The translations under genes and the position numbers were made by a program. This document shows positions 1 through 10,918 of a DNA stretch of 64,000 bases, piece by piece. Numbering within the stretch: position 1 is the stretch's first letter; every line of letters begins with the position of its first letter. Under the pieces are notes generated by a model. It did not search any database. It was not told where the DNA came from and was given only the letters and a program-made list of their open reading frames with translations. Origin of the DNA: Pavona decussata (taxonomy: Eukaryota); NCBI GenBank assembly GCA_977016875.1, contig CDRNST010000056.1, positions 2,418,001 to 2,482,000 on the forward strand, in the 5' to 3' direction.

Positions 1-734
1 TTGAAGATGTTGTTGAGAGAGATACTCTAAATATCAGAGAAGTTGAATTGTTCAAAGGAGTGGTCGAATGGGCGTCAAAGAAGTCAGAAAAACGAGGCAT
101 CGTGGTTGATGGGCACGAAAGAAGAGGAATTATCGGAGAACGGATCCTAAAGGCTATACGCTTTTCCGAGATGAAAGAAGACGAATTTAATTCCGTGGTC
201 GTGAAAAGCCAACTACTCACGTTTGACGAGGTAAAAAACATAACAAACCGTTTCAAATCGATGTCAAGTTTTTGCGAGGAGTTGTCAGTGATCACAAGAT
301 GCGGTCCTTCTCGTCGCCCAGATCGTCTTTGCAGGTTCCCTTCAGCAAAGTATGGTTGGATTGGCTTTGAAAGGGTCTATTTCTCCGTGGACAGTGACAT
401 AAGGTTCCATGGAGTGTACTTGTTTGGCAAGGAGGATAGTTCGCATTCCGTTGGGCTTACGCTTAAGAAGACAGAAGAAAAAAACATTCTTTCCTCTACA
501 GAAGGTAAATTTTTATCTCTGCGTCACGAGTCAGGGGACTATTTTGGGTTTGACGTTTTATTTCAAGAACCAGCATTTCTGAGGAAAGACATCGTTTACT
601 GTCTTCACGCCGTTATCAACGGTCCTAAGACTTGGTACGGTGTCAATGGAAACCGTGCAATTCAACGTTCTGGTGTGACATTTACTTTTTACGCTACAGA
701 AGGCCAATTAAGTGAGTTCATTTTTAGCTTCTAA
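1..734 (+). CDS. BTB-BACK-PHR protein (BTBD1/2/3/6-like), 5' part outside the window
   Basis: Frame is open from the window start to TAA at 734. It covers the end of BACK (ELFKGVVEWA..IRF..M) and a PHR-type C-terminus (FSVD..I.FHGV.LFG, FDVLF..P, GVTFTF..GQ..E.IF). About 94% aa identical to 6471-7742. Confidence 0.9.
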   Translation, partial: EDVVERDTLNIREVELFKGVVEWASKKSEKRGIVVDGHERRGIIGERILKAIRFSEMKEDEFNSVVVKSQLLTFDEVKNITNRFKSMSSFCEELSVITRCGPSRRPDRLCRFPSAKYGWIGFERVYFSVDSDIRFHGVYLFGKEDSSHSVGLTLKKTEEKNILSSTEGKFLSLRHESGDYFGFDVLFQEPAFLRKDIVYCLHAVINGPKTWYGVNGNRAIQRSGVTFTFYATEGQLSEFIFSF

Positions 735-1594
735 ACAAGTGTAACATAGGCTTTTGTACATCGGATGTGACATTCACTTTTTACGCCACAGAAGGCCAAT
801 ACTTTCAGCCTTTAAGGGAGAATAATGTGGGCTTCTGTACATTATGCTATTGGTTCATCATCATTTTTTTCCCACTACAATGATCGGAATCGAATCGGTG
901 ACATTTACTTTTTACGCTGCTAAACTATAATGCCAATTTAGCGAGTTTATTTACAGCCTTAAAACGAGTGTAATAGAGGCATTTGTCAGTATATCGGATG
1001 TGAGATTTAGTTATGCTACAGAACTAGAAGCCGAACGGCCAATTTAGTGTGGTTATTTTCATCGTTTAAGCGAGTATAATACGGGCTTTTGTACAATGTA
1101 CATCAAGTGTGACATTTACTTTTTACACCACACAAATTAAGTGAGTTCCAATTAAGTGAGAGCCAATTAAGTGAGTTCATTTTGAGTTAGTGTAATAAAG
1201 GCTTTTGTACAAGACATTGACTTCAGCAGCCTGTACTGAAGAATTTTTAAGCGTTTAGAGAGTTTTTCAAAGTTTTGAACTCAGTTATTGTCGTTGAAAC
1301 TCTTGTATAACTTTTTACTTAGTCTTACCTTATATTCTTTTACATTTACTCGTTACTTTATATTTAGTAATTATTTATAGACGACCCGTCAAGCTATCAA
1401 GCGTTAAATTTATCGAGTTGAAATAAAGGTTTTGGTTTGATTTGATTTGATTTAATGCTTTTGATTCATTACTTAATTGCTCCAACTTAATGCTTTCTTT
1501 TTTTTCCACGACAATAATCGTCATCTGATGTAACATTTACATTTTACGCTTTCGAACTAGAAGGCCAATTTAGTGAGTTTATTTTCGGCATTAA
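735..1594 (+). repeat. Degenerate tandem copies (~90-130 bp) of the last ~20 codons plus stop region of the BTB gene
   Basis: The unit gatgtgacatttactttttacgctacagaaggccaatttagtgagtt..tttagcc..taa..gtgtaatataggcttttgtaca recurs at ~765, 897, 997, 1106 and 1527. The original is at 673-760. Confidence 0.85.
1222..1452 (+). mobile_element. 3' end of a non-LTR retroelement with (TTTGA)n tail; inverted copy at ~5850-6085
   Basis: AATAAA followed by TTTGATTTGATTTGATTT. It interrupts the tandem array at the same point in both arms of the inverted duplication. Confidence 0.55.
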
Positions 1595-1595
1595 A

Positions 1596-2041
1596 GGCCC
1601 AGTGCAGACGCCGAACTTTTCATGAGCCGAACTTAATTTAAATAAAAGTTGGCCCAAATTACGAAAATCCCGCCTTTTGATTCAGACGCCAAACTAATTA
1701 GCCAAACTTAATTTACTTGAAGCAAAACCAATCGAAATGTCAGGAGTTTTTTCTATGTTTTAATTTTTTTTTATTTGAAATACGTTATAATAATTTATGC
1801 ATTAGGTTCGGCTCATGAAAAGTTCGACGTCTGAATCAAAGCCGTTCCAAAGCCGAAATTCCCGGCTGAGCCAGGCGGGAAGAACGGCTGAGCCGTTCCA
1901 AATTGAAACAGCCGTTCTCAACTGATTAAGACGCCGAACTTTTCATGTACTTAATTCGAGGTATTAGGTTCGGCCAAGAGAAGATGAAGGTACATCCTCT
2001 CTTGGTTCGGCTCATGAAAAGTTCGGCGTCTGAACCGGGCC
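1596..2041. mobile_element. PIF/Harbinger-like MITE
   Basis: ~37-bp TIRs GGCCC(A/G)GT(G/T)CAGACGCCGAACTTTTCATGAGCCGAAC with TAA/TTA-like flanks. The motif is repeated internally, and related sequence continues to ~3030. Confidence 0.7.
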
Positions 2042-2393
2042 TTAGACCGTAAGAATCAGCCGTATGAATCAGTTAGGATCGACAGATTTGTATTTGGGTC
2101 GACCCGCCGTTCTATTCGACTGCGCCAGTCGAATAGAGCGACAAAAGTACGCCTTCGATTTATACGTCGAACTTTTACGTGTGCCGAACCAAATTGAGAC
2201 GTAAGGTATAAATTATATTAATTATAGCTATCCCAGAGGTCTGCGCGTTCCATCAACTTGGTATGCGCAGTATGTTCAGTCTGAACAAGATGTCGGGAAA
2301 AGAGGAATGTGCTTGTTCTTCTTGTTTCGCAGCAACTAAATATACTTGTCTGAGATGCGAAAGATTTAAAAAAAAAAAGATTCTATTCTTGAT

Positions 2394-2800
2394 TTGCACA
2401 TGCACTTCAAACCGACAGAAACTTTCCAATACAGGCTATATCAAAGGCGTAGCCTCAGAACAAAATCTTCAAAAACAACATTTGAAGAAAGCATTACTCT
2501 ATTCAAACAGAGATTACGCTGCAGAGGTTACCTCGATAATCTTTTAGATAAAACTCTTTCAGAAGTCAATTTCAGCGAAAGAATGTCGGTATTACAAAAA
2601 AAAACAACAAAAAAAACCGCCCAAAAACATTTTGCCGTTTGTTACGGAATATCGCCCTTCTGTGCCTAACCTAAAACCATTCAGATGAGTAAGTGGCACT
2701 TGATAATCAGCCTCTGCTAAGAGAGATCTACAAAGACCCTTTCCTGCTTTCGTACAGCATAGGGAGATCTTGAAAGACGTACTCGTAAGAGCAAATTAGC
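2394..2800 (+). pseudogene. Decayed Penelope-like retroelement ORF fragment (post-RT/linker region)
   Basis: Frameshifted peptides HFKPTETFQY..LRT.SSKTTFEE.I..FK.RL..RGY..LSEV.F..R, then ILPFVTEYRPSVPNLK..KWHLI and SLKDVLVRA. Confidence 0.7.
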
Positions 2801-3032
2801 TTTGAAGGTCTTCCTATCGTCCAATAGGAGCCGTGTTTGGTCTGTCTTCATTATTTACTAAACAAGCTCTTCCATGTCAGAATTCATATTTTCCGCCATT
2901 TTGAAACTCGTTGAGTAAAAACAACAGCCGCTGACCACGAAAATCTATTTTCTCACTTCAGCTTTAAGTTCGACTTCAGTTAGGTTCGACGTCTGAATCA
3001 ACTGCCGAACTTAATTATTTGGGTCGACCTTA

Positions 3033-4153
3033 ATTAACAATTATTCACCGAAGTGGAGGTGAATAGTGGTGGATATCTACCGAAATAAATACAGTTGAAC
3101 CTCTCCACAACGGCCACAATGGGGACAGAAGAAAGTGGCCGTTGTGGAGAGGTGGCCGTTATGGGGAGGTAGGGGTGTAATATGACACCTTTTTTTTCGT
3201 GGTTATTGTGCCAAGTTCATGCTTACTATAGCCTATAATGGCAATCCAATCTTAAATAATATATACAGATAAAATACACAATAAAACGTAAATAATGTTT
3301 CGAATCAAAATTCGACAAAATGTTAACAAGAAGAAACGAGCAAGGTTCGCAACATTCGCTGTATTATTGTACACAATTTATGCTTACTGCAGGACATAAA
3401 TGGAACACAATCAAAATACGTATATCATTAAAATGGATATAGAAACGTAATGTTCCGAAGACAAATGTCGATCACTGCATCAACTTATAAAAAAGGTTTT
3501 TACAAAAAAGAGCTGTACTGGCCGTTGTCGAAAGGTTATTTTGGCAGTTGGGACGCACTTTAGTGGCCGTTGCCGTTGTAGAGAGGTTTAAACAAGAGGT
3601 AATGTATGGACTGTCCGCTGGGACAAAAAAAAGTGGCCGTTGTAGAGAGGTGGCCGTTGTGGAGAGGTGGCCGTTAGTGGAGGTTCGACTGTACCACACA
3701 AGCTGAATAACTAGCGGGCCAAAATTCCTTTATTTTTGACACTGTACCGACAAATGGTGGGAAATTTTAAAACCACGCGCGCCGCGCGGTAAGCGATTTC
3801 TTGTTGTAGAAAGTTCCGTCTCGCTTTTTTGCAAACAATTAAAACTTTTTGAGACACTTATTTAGTTGCTAAGGTATCATTTCTTTAACTGTTGTGTGAA
3901 ATTCGTCTTGATTTCGAAACCATGCTCCTAAACATTAGATGTTTCATTGTCTACATTGAAATTATAGTGCTCGGCAGTTTTCGTAAACAAGGCATTGTAG
4001 TTTCATTTTTTGCCTTAGAATATGAGGTTGGAAAATTAAATAACTTACCATTTAATACCTTCAAACTAAACTTTGTTGCCATTTTTGTATTTTTCGTAAC
4101 AGCTGCATCGTTTATCTAAAAAAATTCCTTCTCTTCGGTTGCTCGGAGGTGAG

Positions 4154-4188
<35 letters not shown>

Positions 4189-4232
4189 AGCGCGTGCGAA
4201 AGGCACTATTCAGTTGTGTGGTATATACTAAT
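3033..4232. repeat. Non-autonomous interspersed repeat (possibly Crypton-like), interrupted by a MITE
   Basis: Ends caattattcaccgaagtggaggtgaatagtgg... and ...cacctccgagctagccaatcagcgcg..gtgtggtatatactaat resemble a common anthozoan repeat recalled from memory. No TIR or TSD was seen. Confidence 0.4.
3092..3691. mobile_element. Tc1/mariner-pogo-type MITE
   Basis: TA|CAGTTGAACCTC...GAGGTTCGACTG|TA, with internal repeats of GTGGCCGTTGT(G/A)GAGAGG. Confidence 0.85.
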
Positions 4233-4577
4233 TAACAATTAGACGGCGAGCTCGAGGTTTCTATCGGCTGATATCAAAGGCGGTAGAAACCGTGATAATA
4301 TTGCGACAACTAAGCATAATTTTTCGCAATTCCTGCCCCGAGCGATTCTAGCGTGATTTTTGCCTTGCCACTTTTTTTCTTAGCCAGCAATACGTAATAG
4401 AGGGCGCCTGTACATTTTACCACAATACCTTTTGAACCTAACAGAGCCAATAGGCACAAAGAAAGCCGCATTTTTGGTGACGTTCGTCCCTGTACTAACA
4501 TTGTGTATGCTAGGTTTGAAGTTTTTAGACCTTTTCTCTGCGTTTTTATAAGCATTTTTAAGGTTTTCGTACGCTAA

Positions 4578-4904
4578 AGCCTGGTTTACACGTACGACGC
4601 AAGCACAAGCATAGGCACAAGGATGTTTACACGTGCGATAAGCATAAGCATAAGGTGACATACGCAAGCGCAAAAGCATAAAAGTGTGGCACAATCGCAC
4701 GACCGGACTGCCTTTTGGCGCGAAATTTGATTCCAACATGACGGACTAGAATGAACGCTGACTTGTCACTGTTTTTCAGTTCCCTCTCCTTGCGTTTTGT
4801 GCTTATGCTACGACGCAACGACGCAAGCACAAGCACGAGAGAATAAAATCATCCCATTCTCTTGTGCTTGTGCTTATGCTTGCTTCGTACGTGTAAACCA
4901 GGCT
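4578..4904. mobile_element. PIF/Harbinger-like MITE
   Basis: TAA|AGCCTGGTTTACACGTACGA...TCGTACGTGTAAACCAGGCT|TAA. The host repeat copy at ~36580-36800 shows the empty site with a single TTA. Confidence 0.9.
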
Positions 4905-5419
4905 TAAGAATAATGGGTAAATGTACAAGTCACTATCTCTTTCGGTACGGTGGATCACTCATGGCATTATTGCCACCATTAGGACTACTCACCGAAGATT
5001 GAACACTCATCAGTTGGCCCTTACATGTGCTACCTTACTTAATACTACTACACAATTCAAAGAATGATGCAATCGATGTTTACAATACCAGATATTCCAG
5101 AAAATTACATGCAGACTCTAATTCGAGGAACAAATATCGGAAATTTTCAGTAAAATATCGAGGATCGAGTTGTAACTTGAAACATTTTGTCCACACAGAT
5201 TAAGGAAATCAAGTCATTGTAAACTTTTATAAAAGAAGTAAAACGATTTATTCAAACTCATTATGATCCTTCCCATAATATTTACAAAATTATATAACAG
5301 TTATTTTACGGTAGAATTCTCAAAACAAAAAACAAAACAAAAAATACAAAATACAAAACACACACACAAAAAAACGTGTATACCAAGCATTTTATGAGCG
5401 GCTTTTTTCGGTATAGTAG

Positions 5420-6470
5420 CCCGATCCGATTGTAGTCGGAAGGCGTGAAGAAAACATTAAGTTGGAGCATTCATTAGTGGTGGACCAAAATTAAAGCATA
5501 ATGCACAAAAGCCTATATTATACTCGCTAAAATGCCGGAAATGAACTCACTAAATCGGCACTCTAGTTCGAAAGCGTAAAAAGTAAATGTTACATCAGAT
5601 GACAATTATTGTCGTGGAAAAAAGAAAGCATTAAGGTGGAGCATTTTAATGGTGAACCAAAAGCCAAATTAGACAGTGTAAAAAAGCCTATATCACGCTC
5701 GCTTTAAGGGCTGAAAGTGAACTCATTAAATTGGCCCTCTGTAGCGTAAATTTAAAAGTAAATGTCACATCAGATGCCGATCATTGTCGTTGGAAAAAAA
5801 AAGAAAGCATTAAGTTGGAGCATTGATTTAGTGGTGAATCAAAAGCATTAAATCAAATCAAATCAAATCAAATCAAAATCTTTAACTCAACTCGATAAAT
5901 TTAACGCTTGATAGCTTGACGGGTCGTATATAAATAATTACTAAATATAAAGTAACGAGTAAATACGAGAGAATATTAGGTAAGACTTAGTTAAAAGTTA
6001 TATAGGTGTTTCAACGATAACAACTGAATCCAAAACCCTAAAAACTCTCTAAACGCTTAAAGATTCTACAGTACAGGTTGCTGAAGTCAATGTCTTGTAC
6101 AAAAGCCTTTTTTTACACTAGCTTAAGGCTAAAAATGAACTCACTAAATTGGCCTTGTGTAGCGTAAAAAGTGAATGCCACATCTGATGCACATTGTACA
6201 AAATCCCATATTATACTAGCTTAAAGGATGCAAATAAACTCACTAAATAGGCCCTAATCTTCTAGTTCTGTAGCGTAAAAAGTAAATCTTACATCCGATA
6301 TACAAAAGCCTATATTACACTCGTTTGAAGGCTGAAAATAAACTCACTAAATTGGCCTTATTAATAGTTCAGTAGCGTATAAAGTAAATGTCACATTCGA
6401 TTCAGATTATTGTGGTGGTAAAAAAAAATGTCACATCCGATGTACAAAAGTCTATATTACATGAGACAGT
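5420..6470 (-). repeat. Degenerate tandem copies of the CDS 3' end downstream of the minus-strand BTB gene (mirror of 735-1594)
   Basis: aaatg(t/c)cacatc..., gtagcgtaaaaagtaaa and aactcactaaattggcc recur at ~5586, 5761, 6174, 6285, 6388 and 6427. Confidence 0.85.
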
Positions 6471-7742
6471 TTAAAGGCTAAAAATGAACTCGCTAAATTG
6501 GCCTTCTGTAGCGTAAAAAGTAAATGTCACACCAGAACGTTGAATTTCACGGTTTCCATTGAGACCGTACCAAGTCTTAGGACCGGTGATAACGGCGTGA
6601 AGACAGTAGACAATATCTTTCCTCAAAAATGCTGGTTCTTGAAATAAAACGTCAAACCCAAAATAGTCCCCTGACTCGTGACGCAGAGATAAAAATTTAC
6701 CTTCTGTAGAGGAAAGAATGTTTTTTTCTTCCGTCTTCTCAAGCGTAAGCCCAACGGAATGCGAACTATCCTCCTTGCCAAACAAGTACACTCCATGGAA
6801 TCTTATGTCTGTGTCCACGGAGAAATAGACCCTTTCAAAGCCAATGCAACCATACTTTGCTGAAGGGAACCTGCAAAGACGATCTGGGCGACGAGAAGGA
6901 CCGCATCTTGTAATCACTGACAACTCCTCACAAAAACTTGACGTCGATTTGAAACGGTTTGTTATGTTTTTTACCTCGTCAAACGCGAGTAGTTTGCTTT
7001 TCACGACCACGGAATTAAATTCGTCCTCTTTCATCTCGAAAAAGCGTATAGCCTTTACGATCCGTTCTCCGATAATTCCTCTTCTTTCGTGCCCATCAAC
7101 CACGATGCCTCGTTTTTCTGACTTCTTTGACGCCCATTCGACCACTCCTTTGAACAATTCTACTTCTCTGATGTTCAGAGTATCTCTCTCAACAACCTCT
7201 TCAAGCAAGGACCTCTCAAGTGTCGCAAATCCATCCGATTTAACAGCTGCGTCTGCATGTTCGTCGATTACTTTCCAGCATCGATCGATCAGTTCCTTCT
7301 CTTCATATACCAGAGCAAACTGCATGACGACGAACACATTTGATGGATCTAGATTATTTTGCAGATAGTCCGTGCATTTCTCAGCGAGCGAAGGCACCAT
7401 ATATTTCTTCGCCAAGTATAACACTCCCATCACATTACTTCCGCTCAAATTCACTTCATCGCTGTACATGTAACGAAGCAACTCCAACAGACTCTCGTAC
7501 TCACAATCAGGCAGTTCAATAGAGTCTCTAGTCTCCGCTAGCTCACCGTAAAACATAGCCTCAAACACAGGACTGCCAACCGACAGCACAAACTTGTGAG
7601 CTGGAATCACTTGCTTACTTTCACTTTCACCATCGCTCTGACGAACCACAAACTTCACATCGCTGAAGAGATCGTTGTTGAGCATAAACTTGTTTCTCTC
7701 TCTGATGGTGGGTCTTGTCGTTTGCCAGAATTCTGTAGCCAT
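6471..7742 (-). CDS. BTB-BACK-PHR protein (BTBD1/2/3/6-like), intact, intronless, 423 aa
   Basis: BTB motifs SDVKFVV, IPAHKFVL..SPVFEAMFYG, LLRYMYSDEV, LYLAKKY.VP.L; BACK motifs RDTL.I.E.ELF; PHR-type C-terminus. Confidence 0.95.
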   Translation of the reverse strand: MATEFWQTTRPTIRERNKFMLNNDLFSDVKFVVRQSDGESESKQVIPAHKFVLSVGSPVFEAMFYGELAETRDSIELPDCEYESLLELLRYMYSDEVNLSGSNVMGVLYLAKKYMVPSLAEKCTDYLQNNLDPSNVFVVMQFALVYEEKELIDRCWKVIDEHADAAVKSDGFATLERSLLEEVVERDTLNIREVELFKGVVEWASKKSEKRGIVVDGHERRGIIGERIVKAIRFFEMKEDEFNSVVVKSKLLAFDEVKNITNRFKSTSSFCEELSVITRCGPSRRPDRLCRFPSAKYGCIGFERVYFSVDTDIRFHGVYLFGKEDSSHSVGLTLEKTEEKNILSSTEGKFLSLRHESGDYFGFDVLFQEPAFLRKDIVYCLHAVITGPKTWYGLNGNREIQRSGVTFTFYATEGQFSEFIFSL

Positions 7743-8534
7743 GATATCTTTTTCAAAGATTCAACGCATTCACTATGTTCGTTAGTTGCCGGAAATTCGG
7801 TTGGCGGATGGCTCGACGGAGAATTGAGACTGATTGCGGCAATTGAGGCTACCGTAATTAAACGCCGATTGAGTTGGTTTTGAGTTTTCTATACTAAGAA
7901 ATATACGGCTTAGTTTTAGTGTAAACAATATTGATCAATATTAATTAAAAAGTCAAAAGTTGGCTCGAGACAGTTCAAGCAATCAATCGACACGTGTTGA
8001 GACTGAAAATACCGGTCGCGCGCACTAGTGTACCATTTTTATATTAACTTATTAAAATAAGTTAATACATTTACTAAATCATGTTATGGTCATGTTCACG
8101 ACTTGATTTCTTGATATGATGAGTTAATAAGAAGGGAAGCTATAAGCGCGGGGTAAAAATAATCATATACGTACAGGACGCGGTATTTATTTATAACTGC
8201 AAAACAAAACAGCAACAGGGAGCCACTCAAGCTTAAAAGAATTAATTATCCACCTGATGCGCATATTATGTAAACATCGAACAAAGAAACACTTGCCAAA
8301 AAATATATTCAAATTCAAATTACAGCTCTTCTGTATTTGACAACTTCACGTATTGAAGAGTTTTTTAGTATTTAAAAAGAAAGGTGGATTTCCACCGTCG
8401 TCGTCAATTTTACGGGCATACGAACGTGAATCTAAGAAGCTTTACTTACATACTATGAGTAAAATAAAGGACGATGTGTGAGCCGCTTTAATTCGCAAAC
8501 GGAAAATTGAACAGCGCTCAACTTTTTGGAATAA

Positions 8535-8805
8535 TCTGCAGAATACCCGGTCACTTCAAGGCTGTACCCCCCCCCCCCCCCCCCAAAAAAAAAAAAAAAA
8601 AACGTGGATACGTGGCGACGCACTCACATGGCTACGTGTCTACATGGGCTACGAGGTTACGGGGCTAAGTGGTTTCGTCGCTACGTGGCTACGAAGCTAT
8701 TGTTTTAAATGTAGCTGTATATTTTTGAGGTGACCCATGTAGCCCACGAAGCCCACGTAGCCACCGGTTGAGGTATAGCTTTAAAATGGCCGGGTATCCT
8801 GCAGT
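8535..8805. mobile_element. Harbinger-like MITE
   Basis: TAA on both flanks. Imperfect ~33-bp TIR CTGCAG(A/G)ATACCCGG(T/C)CA.TT.AA.GCT.TACC. Internal GCTACGTG repeats. Confidence 0.65.
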
Positions 8806-10547
8806 TAAGCCATTTTTACGCCACAACGAGAAAATTTACGGAAAATGCGTGTTCCCAGATCGTTTTGTGCCGCGGGCATTTAAAGACATATTTGTTTTTT
8901 ACGGGCTAATACAGTTTCATCTATACGCGGAAGCTTAAGCCAAAAATTTAAGTTGCAGAAAGTTGTTGGGAACGGGAACGGGATTTTTTCCCGAATTTAC
9001 TGGCTGTGGTTGCAATTGACTTTAACTGCTTTACGAAAATCACGTAACATCACACAACACTGGAAAACTATTTTAATACTAAAAATAGGTGACATGCCTA
9101 CATTATAATTGCCTCTTTTACACGGTTCATCGCCGCGGCTTTCGGGTCAAACCGCGGCCCCGCTGCAGTTGTCGAAACACTTACCGCGACAAAAAAAGTT
9201 CAAGACTTCCTGTCGCTAACAGGGAACACGTCCATTTTCGTAAAAAAAGTTAAGTTATAGCATAAGTCGATCATCACTTTCAGTCTAGCCCACATGGATC
9301 GTAGGATTGTGGCAAAATTTCATCGGTGGAGCCAGTGCGTAAGATGGGTGTGCAAGAAGAGAATGGGAGAGAAGCGAGCTTCGCATTTTTCTGTCAGGGC
9401 TGAGTGCCAAATATTTGGCTTTCGTGCGCAATACCACCAGCTTCGAGGGTTTTTTTAATCAGAATATAGAAGACGAAGCCATCTTTTTCACCCACCCAAC
9501 GGCCCGCACCCAACAAGACCATTTCAACAACGTGACGCTCACAATATCCGTTTACAACTGAAACAAAGAAGTGAATTATCACTCTTATCTAGCGAACTAT
9601 AAACTCCAGGTGATTTTGGCAATAAGACCTCTGTCAAGTGTGACGTTATTTTTAAAGAATTATGAAAATGAGAGTATATTGAAGGGCAGCACACCAAATT
9701 ATAAACCCTAATTAAGTAAATAATTGCTGATAAACATTCAACATGAGGAAACGTTTTTCTATTCATCGTCCATGACTCCATCCGTCCGACATCGAAGAGA
9801 GAACTTTGCATCCTATGATGAAGATATCTTTTTTTTCAAGGTCAATAATTTTCTTTGTTTGTCTTGTTCACTACAAATAAGCAGGGCTTTAGCTGTTGTG
9901 TGTGAGAGAGAGAGTGGCAACCTTATTTTGAGGAGGGAGGTCTTTCGCAAATTTCTTTCCTGCCCACAAATTTTTTCATTCGTGACAAAAAGTCATGCGT
10001 GAAATGTTCTTGAACTGGTTTGCAAGATATTTCTTTACTTTGTTGTGCAGTGCATGGCCACTTTTATTCCCTAAAACCTTCAAAGGAATTTTTTTTTGGT
10101 AATTGTCAAACTCGTCTCCACCTCCCTGTAAATATGATGGTCCGTGTAAAAACCGGACTGGCACTGGTTCAATGAATACGACAATATAACATCATACAAG
10201 CATACCGGAATTTGACTGCCGGCGAATCTGCAATGCACGCACTCGAAGGAATCACTGCTCTAACGTTCAAGTTACTTTCCGACCCATCCAACATTTGTTA
10301 TCAAACTTGCAGTGTTAGGTATCGTCTAATCAGACGTGAATGCTTGATAGAAATTGACATCGGAAACCAATCGATATTACGGCAATCGATTGCTATCGAC
10401 TGTTATCGATTGATAAAATTGGATAACAACCGATAATCGAGTTATGTGTCTGTCCCAACACTATTTCAGTTATTAGTGAAGTGTGCAGTGGTGATTATAC
10501 CATTTATTGTAATCAAGAGAGGATGATCTCTTGTTGTAATGTATTAA

Positions 10548-10918
10548 AGGGGAAGTAACACGCAAATTTGCTGTCATTTCAAAAAACCCAAAAATCTTTG
10601 TCCGTCAGCAGAAACATAAAATAATTGTCTAGTTTGTTATAAATTATCACCCCAGTGCAAAAAAGCTGTCGATTAGTGCCTCTGGCCAGAGACAGAGTAG
10701 GCCGGTATGGATTGAAACTTGAAAAATGTTAGGCTAATATTTTTCAAGTTCTCGCATTTTTGTTTCCAAAATGCGCTAGAACAGATCACGAGTTATTCCT
10801 CTCAAGAACTGAGTTGATGTCTTTCCTCTCGTCATTCTAGAATTATTTGGCAGCTGTTGAGGGATTTATGTCATCATTTTTTACAAAAGATACCAGAAAA
10901 CCCCATGATACTTCCCCT
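10548..10918. mobile_element. Kolobok-type MITE (TTAA TSD)
   Basis: TTAA|AGGGGAAGTA...TACTTCCCCT|TTAA. Further copies at 51197-51581 and, inverted, ~47132-47504; a decayed relative at ~17171-17430. Confidence 0.85.

Noticed and set aside
735-3030. Regularly recurring motifs that superficially resemble a CRISPR array
   Set aside because: The units are degenerate copies of the CDS end or MITE-internal repeats, with no constant repeat/unique spacer pattern and no cas genes, in a eukaryotic context.
6844-7883. Plus-strand ORFs overlapping the BTB genes (also 17563, 21480, 24424 etc.)
   Set aside because: Antisense shadows of real coding sequence with no independent motifs.
8567-8602. Long poly-C/poly-A and other G/C homopolymer runs (11232, 12200, 17017, 43746, 55172)
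   Set aside because: They are typical MITE-internal homopolymers and error-prone in sequencing, with no independent significance shown.
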